IMG/VR virus record: IMGVR_UViG_3300048625_000299
Location: 1 to 64,000 of that record
Direction: 5' to 3' (one strand)
DNA length: 64,000 nucleotides
Shown in pieces: positions 34,945 through 42,066 of the stretch. Below the pieces are notes generated by a model that was not told the DNA's origin, ran no database searches, and worked only from the letters and a program-made list of their open reading frames with translations. Every line of letters starts with the position of its first letter. Position 1 is the stretch's first letter. A program made the translations under genes and the position numbers.

Positions 34945-35715
34945 ATGACGAAGTTACACGAATTGCTGGCAGTTGAGAAAACACGCACATCAGCATCAAC
35001 GAAGATCTTGCAAGAGACTGTTCAGAAGTTCAGTAAATCTGAAATGTTCTCTGGTCAAGTTAAGACGTTGTCGATGATCGAAGACTCCCCAACAAACAAA
35101 GTGTTGGAAGCCACTGCTTATGAAGAGCGTGAGTTGCCAACAACTGTTGCAGAGACATTGAGCTATGCATTGAACATCTGGGCTACGGCTGAAGATGTGT
35201 TGATGCAAAAGAACTCAACCAACCAAACTGCTGTTGCAGACTTATTCTACAATGGCGAAGTGATCGCAGACAATGTTCCAGTTGATGAATTGCTCGGCTT
35301 GGAAAATCGTTTGGAAACATTGCGCAAAGTGTTTGAAGCAATGCCAACATTGTCTGCTGCAGTGTCTTGGGATCGTGACCTCCAATCAGGCCGTCAAGGC
35401 GCTTGGAAGGCAACTGATGTCGACAAGACAATCAAGACAGAAAAGACAACGGTGCCTGTTGTGTTGTACGAAGCAACTGACAAGCACCCAGCACAAGTTA
35501 AGGAAGTCAGTCAAGATAAGACTGTCGGTACTTTCAATATTGTGAAGTTCAGTGGCGCTGCTACATCTGCTCAAAAAGCAGAAGTGTTGGCAATCGTCGA
35601 TGAATTGCTCACTGAAGTGAAACAAGCACGTATGCGTGCAAACAGCGTTGATGCTGTCAATCGTCGAATTGGTCAAACATTGACTAAGTTGATCTTGGCT
35701 CCATTCAGCGTGTAA
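34945..35715 (+). CDS. uncharacterised helical protein upstream of a large ncRNA
   Basis: AAAGGTG RBS; MTKLHELLAVEK...ARMRAN; codon style resembles highly expressed genes. Confidence 0.8.
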   Translation: MTKLHELLAVEKTRTSASTKILQETVQKFSKSEMFSGQVKTLSMIEDSPTNKVLEATAYEERELPTTVAETLSYALNIWATAEDVLMQKNSTNQTAVADLFYNGEVIADNVPVDELLGLENRLETLRKVFEAMPTLSAAVSWDRDLQSGRQGAWKATDVDKTIKTEKTTVPVVLYEATDKHPAQVKEVSQDKTVGTFNIVKFSGAATSAQKAEVLAIVDELLTEVKQARMRANSVDAVNRRIGQTLTKLILAPFSV

Positions 35716-35735
35716 TGTAAAGAATTGTAAGTTTT

Positions 35736-36226
35736 TGAGGACAGCGTTATAGTTATCGTCAGATCGTAACGCACCTGATAACTCTAAATGTGGTGGTTCG
35801 AATCCATCCCCAAGCACAAATCGTAGTGATAGTATTATTTGTGCTTGGGTAGCCGAAGTGGTAGAGGCAAAGAGACGGGTGTAGAGATCAAGTATCGTTA
35901 TAGTAGTTGTATCGACCTCACAGACTTATTGTAAGGGTTTAACTTACCCGCCGGAGAGCTTATCCTTATACTAAACATATAAAGATAAACAAGATTATGC
36001 TGGTTCGAGTCCAGCCTGCGTCGCCAAAGTGATACGTAGATTGCTTTGGGACGCAGTGAGCAAATGGTAAAGCTGCTTGTTAATTAATACATCGTTATCG
36101 TAACGGCTCTAGTGTGCAAAACTAAGTTAAACGTGAAGAATCTTCACAAGAGACGCTTATACTCAACAGCTACGTTGTATAAGCGGTTCTTCTAAAGCGA
36201 TCTGTAAAAGATTTCTTCAGAAGAAT
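35736..36226 (+). ncRNA. ~500-nt structured RNA with two permuted tRNA modules
   Basis: T-arm, closed acceptor, D-arm modules at 35782-35875 and 35988-36081. Confidence 0.7.
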
Positions 36227-36228
36227 AT

Positions 36229-36303
36229 GGACGGTTATTTCAGCGGTAGAATATCACATTGACATTGTGAAGGTCACTGGTTCGATCCCAGTACCGTCCA
36301 CCA
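36229..36303 (+). tRNA. tRNA-Val(GAC)
   Basis: Cloverleaf, CCA. Confidence 0.92.
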
Positions 36304-36325
36304 TATTTTGAACATATATAATTGT

Positions 36326-36401
36326 AGCGGAGTGGAGAAGTGGTATCTCGTCAGTCTCATAAGCTGAAGATCGGTGGTTCGAATCCACCCTTTCGCAACC
36401 A
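36326..36401 (+). tRNA. tRNA-Met(CAT), initiator-like
   Basis: 1:72 mismatch, A11-U24, CCA. Confidence 0.85.
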
Positions 36402-36406
36402 AATAT

Positions 36407-36482
36407 TGGCATATAGCTCAGTCGGTAGAGCATTTGACTGTTAATCAAAGGGTCCCTGGTTCGAGCCCAGGTTTGCCAGCCA
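36407..36482 (+). tRNA. tRNA-Asn(GTT)
   Basis: Canonical, CCA. Confidence 0.95.
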
Positions 36483-36498
36483 ACGTAAAGGAATTGAA

Positions 36499-36579
36499 AT
36501 GAAATCAGAAGGTAGCGGTTACGCAGTCGAAGGTTGGGATGATATCACCAACGACGACCTCAATCCGATTGCAATTTAA
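36499..36579 (+). CDS. 26-aa acidic micro-protein
   Basis: AAGGA RBS; MKSEGSGYAVEGWDDITNDDLNPIAI. Confidence 0.4.
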   Translation: MKSEGSGYAVEGWDDITNDDLNPIAI

Positions 36580-36588
36580 TTCTCAAAC

Positions 36589-36664
36589 GCCGAAGTAGCA
36601 CAATTGGTAGTGCAGTGCTCTTGTAAAGCAAAGGTTGAGGGTTCAAGTCCTTTCTTCGGCACCA
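36589..36664 (+). tRNA. tRNA-Thr(TGT)
   Basis: Canonical, CCA. Confidence 0.93.
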
Positions 36665-36674
36665 AAAATTTAGA

Positions 36675-36745
36675 CGCGGGGAGTCAGGTGAGGAAGCAGT
36701 CTCATAAGCTCGTTTCAGAAGGTTCAAATCCTTCCCCCGCAACCA
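36675..36745 (+). tRNA. degenerate initiator-like tRNA-Met(CAT)
   Basis: CGCGGGG/CCCCGCA-ACCA, reduced D-arm. Confidence 0.65.
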
Positions 36746-36750
36746 CACAT

Positions 36751-36825
36751 GGTGATATGGCGTAGATGGATGCGCACTGGCTTCATAAGCCAAGGAGAGT
36801 GGTTCGATACCACTTATCACCACCA
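36751..36825 (+). tRNA. tRNA-Met(CAT)
   Basis: Cloverleaf, CCA. Confidence 0.85.
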
Positions 36826-36842
36826 ACACACAGGAGTTCGTT

Positions 36843-37031
36843 ATGTCAGATGGTGGAAAAGGGTCTGCACCAAGGCCTTTCAGTGTTAGCCAACAAGAAT
36901 GGGACAATCGCTGGGATGCGATCTTCTCGCGCGATCTTGATAAGAAACAAGAAGCACAGGAGAAGATTGAAATGCCAGGCACCACAGGTGGTGCAAAGAT
37001 CGTTTTTCCCGAAGACGAATCCAACAAATAA
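36843..37031 (+). CDS. conserved small phage protein
   Basis: AGGAG RBS; GGKGSAPRP...WDAIF. Confidence 0.7.
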   Translation: MSDGGKGSAPRPFSVSQQEWDNRWDAIFSRDLDKKQEAQEKIEMPGTTGGAKIVFPEDESNK

Positions 37032-37044
37032 TTAAATACCAAAA

Positions 37045-37080
37045 TAGTAGACCTTATAAATAAAAAGAAAAGGTCTACTA
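37045..37080 (+). promoter_or_regulatory. late promoter within a start-codon-sequestering hairpin
   Basis: TAGTAGACCTT...AAGGTCTACTA with TATAAATA at 37055. Confidence 0.75.
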
Positions 37081-37499
37081 TGAAAACATATAAATGTGTT
37101 TCGTGTGGTGTTGATGCTAAATTTGGGTATAGCAAGCTGAATAAGTTTTGCAGTAATATATGCCAAGGAGCATTTAAATGGCTCACGGAAACTGTTCCTC
37201 GTATTGAGCGAGGTGAGTGTGGGGAAGCTTCTACACTTAGAAAGTATTTAATTGAAAAGCACAGTGAGTGCTGTACACAATGTGGTACGACAGGCACTTG
37301 GCAAGATAAGCCACTAACGTTGCACGTTGACCATATAGATGGAAACAGCGATAATAATACAACAGATAATTTGAGACTGCTATGTCCTAACTGTCATTCC
37401 CAAACGGACACATGGGGAAGCAAGGGGCACGGTAGCAGACTCAAGAAGCAGTCTAAGCGTGCTATAAGCAGCAGACTGTATAGAGGTATGCCTCGGTAG
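37080..37499 (+). CDS. HNH homing endonuclease
   Basis: HVDHIDGNSDNN...LCPNCHSQT. Confidence 0.9.
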   Translation: MKTYKCVSCGVDAKFGYSKLNKFCSNICQGAFKWLTETVPRIERGECGEASTLRKYLIEKHSECCTQCGTTGTWQDKPLTLHVDHIDGNSDNNTTDNLRLLCPNCHSQTDTWGSKGHGSRLKKQSKRAISSRLYRGMPR

Positions 37500-37563
37500 T
37501 TTAATGGTAGAACGCCATCCTTACACGGTGGATACGGGAGTTCAATTCTCCAACGAGGTACCA
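37490..37563 (+). tRNA. tRNA-Val(TAC)
   Basis: Cloverleaf, CCA; overlaps HNH stop. Confidence 0.88.
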
Positions 37564-37567
37564 AATT

Positions 37568-37641
37568 GCTCTTGTCGTATAGTGACATTACACATCCTTG
37601 GTACGGATGTTACACGAGTTTGATTCTCGTCGAGAGCACCA
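37568..37641 (+). tRNA. tRNA-Thr(GGT)
   Basis: Cloverleaf, CCA. Confidence 0.82.
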
Positions 37642-37642
37642 G

Positions 37643-37671
37643 TTGCATATTATGTCGGTCTTCGATATAAT
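37643..37671 (+). promoter_or_regulatory. sigma70 promoter for cassettes J, K and the TROVE-like gene
   Basis: TTGCAT-N17-TATAAT. Confidence 0.6.
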
Positions 37672-37688
37672 AACGCCAACATAGAATT

Positions 37689-37926
37689 TAGAGTAGATTC
37701 AGCAAACCAAAAAATCCAGGAGTAACGTCCTGATTACTACCCCCTACCGTACCCCGAAAAGGGTTTCCGAAAGGATGGAGGGAATGCGTCAACCTAGTAA
37801 TAGGTTGGCTTTGTAGTCTTGCGAGATCAAGGATCGGGCGCCAACGATTGGCGATAGGGTCATGGGGCTATGGCAAGTGCCAGATGTGGATGACCAGAAA
37901 ATAATTACTGTCCCGCCTACTCTGTT
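37689..37926 (+). ncRNA. stem-cassette RNA J (long multi-hairpin cargo)
   Basis: TAGAGTAG-ATTC-AGCAA ... CTACTCTG-TT. Confidence 0.78.
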
Positions 37927-37931
37927 GTTTT

Positions 37932-37988
37932 TAGGTTAAGTTCCGCACAACAATTTCTATTCATAAAAGAGAAAAAGTTTAACCTGTT
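37932..37988 (+). ncRNA. stem-cassette RNA K
   Basis: TAGGTTAA-GTTC-CGCA ... TTAACCTG-TT, 19 nt before the ATG. Confidence 0.75.
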
Positions 37989-38007
37989 GATTGAAAAGGA
38001 GTTCATT

Positions 38008-39441
38008 ATGTCAACATTCGCTGAAGCTGTAGTAAACCAAGAAGCCCGTACCACGAATGGTATGGTGGCACGCAAGTCCACTGCAAATGCGTGCGTCGAT
38101 TTATTCTTCAAGATCGGTGCTTCCCGCGGTAAGGACATCACGAAGGATTTCGTGGCCGCATACGCTGAGAACAAAGATGTCGCGTTGCGCATCGCTCAAT
38201 GGGTCCGTGATGCTCGTGGTGGGGCAGGCGAACGTGATCTGTACCGCCAGATCTTGAAGTATCTCGAAAAGCACGATAAGGACGCTGCTGCAGCTTTGCT
38301 GTTGAAGACTCCTGAAATCGGTCGCTGGGATGATATCTTCGTGTTCGAAGACAAAGATTTGAAGGCTAAGGCTTTCACGATGTTGGGAGATGCTCTCCGC
38401 GTACGTAACGGTCTCGCTGCAAAGTGGACGCCACGTCAAGGTAAGCTCGCTGCTGAAATCCGGTCATTCTTCGGAATGTCCCCAAAGTTCTATCGTAAGT
38501 CGTTGGTTGAATTGACCAACGTTGTGGAACAACAAATGTGTGCAAAAGAATGGGATGCAATCAACTTCTCGCATGTGCCGTCCGTGGCTGCTGCTCGTTA
38601 CAAGAAAGCATTCAGCCGTAACACACAAGAGTATACCAAGTACGTTGCTGAGTTGATGAAGGATCCAAAGGATCGTAAAGTCAACGTCAAGATCAACGCT
38701 GGCGCTGTGTTTCCATATGATGTGTTGAAGGGCGTTATCGGTGCATACCGCAACAACTACAGCGCAACTGAACTCGGAGCATTGCAAGCTCAATGGGATG
38801 CGATGGAAAACTTCATCGGCGACGCAAACGTCTTGCCGTTGGTAGACGTGTCTGGTTCGATGTCATGTCGTGCTGGTGGTTCTGCTTCCCAAAGCACGAC
38901 TACTTGTATGGATGTCGCAGTGTCGCTAGGTTTGTACCTTGCTGACAAGAACAAGGGTAAGTTCAAGGATACGTTCTTGACATTCTCAGGTTCACCAGAG
39001 TTGCTGAACCTGAAGGGCAACATTGTTCAGAAAGTCCAACAAATGTCATCCTCTAACTGGGGTATGAACACAGACTTGGTGAAGGCGATGGATAAGATCT
39101 TGAGCACAGCCAAGAACGGCAATGTTCCTCAAGAAGAAATGCCAGACATGCTGTTGATTCTTTCAGACATGCAATTCGATCAATGCGCTCGTTTCGACGA
39201 CTCTGCAATGAAGATGATTGCACGTAAGTTCGAAGAAGCAGGCTACGAATTGCCAAAGATCGTATTCTGGAACCTGAACGCTGCGGACAATGTCCCAGTT
39301 AAGTACGACACTCGTGGTGTTGCTTTGGTGTCTGGCTTCTCGCCAGCTATCATGACGGCAGTACTCGGTGGCGATGCTGATAAGTTCACACCAGAAGCTA
39401 TGATGCTGAAGGCAGTGATGCTTCCACGTTACGATCTGTAA
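38008..39441 (+). CDS. Ro60/TROVE-like protein with vWA domain (DUF2828-type)
   Basis: RDARGGAGER, GRWDD, AAKWTPR, MIDAS DVSGSM, SDMQFD, VFWNL, VSGFS. Confidence 0.82.
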   Translation: MSTFAEAVVNQEARTTNGMVARKSTANACVDLFFKIGASRGKDITKDFVAAYAENKDVALRIAQWVRDARGGAGERDLYRQILKYLEKHDKDAAAALLLKTPEIGRWDDIFVFEDKDLKAKAFTMLGDALRVRNGLAAKWTPRQGKLAAEIRSFFGMSPKFYRKSLVELTNVVEQQMCAKEWDAINFSHVPSVAAARYKKAFSRNTQEYTKYVAELMKDPKDRKVNVKINAGAVFPYDVLKGVIGAYRNNYSATELGALQAQWDAMENFIGDANVLPLVDVSGSMSCRAGGSASQSTTTCMDVAVSLGLYLADKNKGKFKDTFLTFSGSPELLNLKGNIVQKVQQMSSSNWGMNTDLVKAMDKILSTAKNGNVPQEEMPDMLLILSDMQFDQCARFDDSAMKMIARKFEEAGYELPKIVFWNLNAADNVPVKYDTRGVALVSGFSPAIMTAVLGGDADKFTPEAMMLKAVMLPRYDL

Positions 39442-39454
39442 GACGTAACACCCA

Positions 39455-39478
39455 GCCAAGGCTTCGGCCTTGGCGTTT
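39455..39478 (+). terminator. hairpin after the TROVE-like gene
   Basis: GCCAAGGC-TTCG-GCCTTGGC-GTTT. Confidence 0.55.
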
Positions 39479-39495
39479 AAAAATTGAGGTGTACC

Positions 39496-39993
39496 ATGAA
39501 GAAAATTGATCTTGCTGAAGTGAAAAGATTCATCGAAGCACAATCTGAAGATACCAAAATCTATATCGGCGCCGATTCGACGCGATTCAAGATGGAGGGC
39601 AGATGGTATGCTGACTACACTCTTGCAGTTGTAGTCCACATCGACGGTAACCATGGTTGCAAAATCTTTGGTGAAGTACAACGTGAACTAGACTACGACC
39701 AAAAGAAGTCGAAGCCAGCAATGCGTCTGATGAACGAAGTGTATAAGGTTTCGGAACTATTCCAAAATCTTTCGGAAGTGTTAGAGGACCGTTATGTCGA
39801 AGTTCACTTGGACATTAACCCTAACATGATGTATGGCTCCTCGTGCGTCGTACAACAAGCTATCGGATACATCAAGGGTACGTGTAACGTCACGCCAATG
39901 GTGAAGCCACAAGCGTTCGCAGCTTCGTATGCAGCTGACAGACTGAAAGAAGTCTTGGCATCCGACAAGATGAAAGCAGTAGCGACAGCATAA
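39496..39993 (+). CDS. RNase H-like YkuK family protein
   Basis: IYIGADS, RLMNEV, EVHLDIN, AASYAAD. Confidence 0.8.
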   Translation: MKKIDLAEVKRFIEAQSEDTKIYIGADSTRFKMEGRWYADYTLAVVVHIDGNHGCKIFGEVQRELDYDQKKSKPAMRLMNEVYKVSELFQNLSEVLEDRYVEVHLDINPNMMYGSSCVVQQAIGYIKGTCNVTPMVKPQAFAASYAADRLKEVLASDKMKAVATA

Positions 39994-39994
39994 G

Positions 39995-40020
39995 AAAGGA
40001 CCTTCGGGTCCTTTTTTTTT
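39995..40020 (+). terminator. intrinsic terminator
   Basis: AAAGGACC-TTCG-GGTCC-T9. Confidence 0.9.
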
Positions 40021-40176
40021 GTTCCATTCAATGGTTGATTTTACCCATTGGAGAGAATATAATAGATAAATACCCCATCTCATCGGGATGGGAACTAGGC
40101 TGGTATCCTAGTCAATATCTACCTCTAATGCCTTCGGGGTTAGACTTTTTAAACTCGCTTATTTAAGGAGCACAAT

Positions 40177-40389
40177 ATGACTTTTTTCGCAGACACAGCT
40201 ATTGACGCAGTTCAAGACGCTAAGGCCACATTCGTTAAAACTTTCGTTAAAGACGAAAAGCTGGCAACTCCACTCCAATCATTTGTAGAATCGCAACGCG
40301 CATTTGCTAAGCAAGTCGCAAAGACGACAGGCGATATCTTCACAGCTTCGTATGATGCTGCTCAGAAGTTTGCATACCCTGCTAAGTGA
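40177..40389 (+). CDS. small phasin-like protein
   Basis: IDAVQDAKATFV...FVESQRAFAKQ. Confidence 0.55.
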   Translation: MTFFADTAIDAVQDAKATFVKTFVKDEKLATPLQSFVESQRAFAKQVAKTTGDIFTASYDAAQKFAYPAK

Positions 40390-40401
40390 TAGGAGACAGC
40401 C

Positions 40402-40863
40402 ATGACAATACTCACAACATTTAAGGACTTCGATAAGTTCTTCGTTGGTTTCGATGATCAGTTTAATCGTCTCGCAAAGATGCATGACGACCTGACAAAG
40501 AACATCCCTAATTACCCACCTTACAACATCAAGAAGACAGGCGATACGACGTATGTCATCGAACTCGCTGTTGCTGGCTTTGCCAAGCAAGACATCGAAA
40601 TCGATCTTGAGGATAATAAGATGATCATCAAGGGCAACGTCCAAAATGACGAAGGCAACGACAACTTTCTATTCAAGGGAATCGCTACACGTAACTTCAC
40701 ACGCACATTCGCATTGGATGACCAAGTGGAAGTTAAAAACGCTGAGATGTTGAATGGTATGCTTCAGGTGTTCTTGGAACGAATCATTCCAGAACACAAG
40801 AAGCCAAAGAAGATCGAAGTTAAGGAATCCAAAGCTAAGGCTCTTTTAACAGACAAGGCTTAA
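40402..40863 (+). CDS. small heat-shock protein Hsp20
   Basis: NYPPYNI, AVAGF, KGIATRNFTRTF, NGML. Confidence 0.95.
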   Translation: MTILTTFKDFDKFFVGFDDQFNRLAKMHDDLTKNIPNYPPYNIKKTGDTTYVIELAVAGFAKQDIEIDLEDNKMIIKGNVQNDEGNDNFLFKGIATRNFTRTFALDDQVEVKNAEMLNGMLQVFLERIIPEHKKPKKIEVKESKAKALLTDKA

Positions 40864-40873
40864 CATACCTTCG

Positions 40874-40904
40874 CCGACTCTCACAAGGGGTCGGCTTTTA
40901 TTTT
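40874..40904 (+). terminator. intrinsic terminator
   Basis: GCCGACTCT...GGGGTCGGC-TTTTATTTT. Confidence 0.8.
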
Positions 40905-40929
40905 GTCCAAAAGACATATGGGTAGAACC

Positions 40930-41070
40930 ATGCACATACTTTCTAAAATCGTTGGATACTTTTTCAACAATACGCGCCGCCTAGACATAGACTCATACCT
41001 CGCCGAGAGTCAAGACATATTCGATCTCGAACAGCGGATCAATTTGTTAGCACGTAAAGGCATATTATGA
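40930..41070 (+). CDS. DUF3563-like small protein
   Basis: YLAESQDIFDLEQRI. Confidence 0.55.
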   Translation: MHILSKIVGYFFNNTRRLDIDSYLAESQDIFDLEQRINLLARKGIL

Positions 41071-41627
41071 TCCCCCATCGCTTATTCCGTTCGTTTCATA
41101 TTGCAATGGTGATTGAACATTTGAAGCGATTAAAAGAAACTGATCGGCGACTGCGCTTTGGTGCAATGTTGCCGGACGATGCAATCGAAGATTATGTGTC
41201 TCGCAGCTGGAGCGATAATGATGTTTGGTTTGGTGTAGTGCAGGACGGTGAAGTGATCGCTGCAGTACACGTTGCTCAGGAAGACACCCATACGCGTGCC
41301 GAGTTGGGATTGTCTGTTGATCCTGAGTGGCGCGGCAATAAGCTAGGACAGTCGCTATTTGAACGAGCTGTCATTGCTCTAAAGGCTAGAAACATCCGTG
41401 ACGTGTATATGCATTGCCTAGCAGAGAATGCAGTCATCAAACACATCGCTCGTAAGAATAAAATGGTGATGGTCACTGAGTATGGTGAAACGGACGCCGA
41501 CCTCATCCTAACGGAAAGCACGCCAGCTGATATAAGCACAAACATAGCATTTGAGCAGCTCGCACTATACGATTCGTTGATTAGAAACACTAGCGGTGCA
41601 TGGAAGAAAATATATGAAAACAATTAA
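41067..41627 (+). CDS. GNAT acetyltransferase
   Basis: DRRLRFG, AELGLSV, WRGNKLG, CLAEN. Confidence 0.85.
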   Translation: MIPHRLFRSFHIAMVIEHLKRLKETDRRLRFGAMLPDDAIEDYVSRSWSDNDVWFGVVQDGEVIAAVHVAQEDTHTRAELGLSVDPEWRGNKLGQSLFERAVIALKARNIRDVYMHCLAENAVIKHIARKNKMVMVTEYGETDADLILTESTPADISTNIAFEQLALYDSLIRNTSGAWKKIYENN

Positions 41628-41709
41628 ACAAATAGTCGTTGCCTTTGTCGAGGCAATCCAGGAAAGTAGACAAGCTAAAGCACGCCGCTATCTAATCGGC
41701 GGTTATTAA
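41614..41709 (+). CDS. 31-aa hypothetical peptide
   Basis: Short ORF filling a gap. Confidence 0.4.
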   Translation: MKTIKQIVVAFVEAIQESRQAKARRYLIGGY

Positions 41710-41724
41710 TTAAAGGAATATATT

Positions 41725-42021
41725 ATGAGCGTTATCTGTTTGAAAATGACAAGCGGTGAAGAATTGATCGGCACATTAGTTAAAGATACTGAACAGGCAT
41801 TTCAGATTAAGGAAGTGTCTGCAGTAATGATGATGCAAGGCGAAGTTCCAGGCCAATTCCGTATGGGATTGATGCCGTTCCTTCCATACTCTGATACAGA
41901 AGAATTCACAATTGCCAAACATGCAGTGGTGACGAGCTTTGCACCGAGCCTCGAAATGATCAACAACTACAACCGCAAGCATGGTGCAGGCATTCAAGTT
42001 GTTCAGTCGCTGAACGGTTGA
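41725..42021 (+). CDS. conserved T4-like hypothetical protein
   Basis: LKMTSGEELIG; RBS. Confidence 0.7.
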   Translation: MSVICLKMTSGEELIGTLVKDTEQAFQIKEVSAVMMMQGEVPGQFRMGLMPFLPYSDTEEFTIAKHAVVTSFAPSLEMINNYNRKHGAGIQVVQSLNG

Positions 42022-42066
42022 CCTCCCATCAAATAAGTAGTATAATATACTGTTAATGGAGTTGCT

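Noticed and set aside
24677-37588. Many ORF-track entries across the tRNA island (e.g. 36560-37297 minus, 26280-26642 minus, 30175-30588 minus, 33137-33391 plus)
   Set aside because: They overlap tRNA or ncRNA genes, lack RBSs and have the typical composition of translated tRNA sequence.
25372-37988. Repeated TAGG...CAGCAA motif read as a CRISPR array or DNA transposon ends
   Set aside because: Spacing is irregular, arms covary as RNA stems with G-U pairs, and there are no cas or transposase genes or target-site duplications.
24700-37990. tmRNA, RNase P RNA or theta ribozymes in the island
   Set aside because: I could not recognise their diagnostic elements by eye; an Infernal search is needed before any such call.
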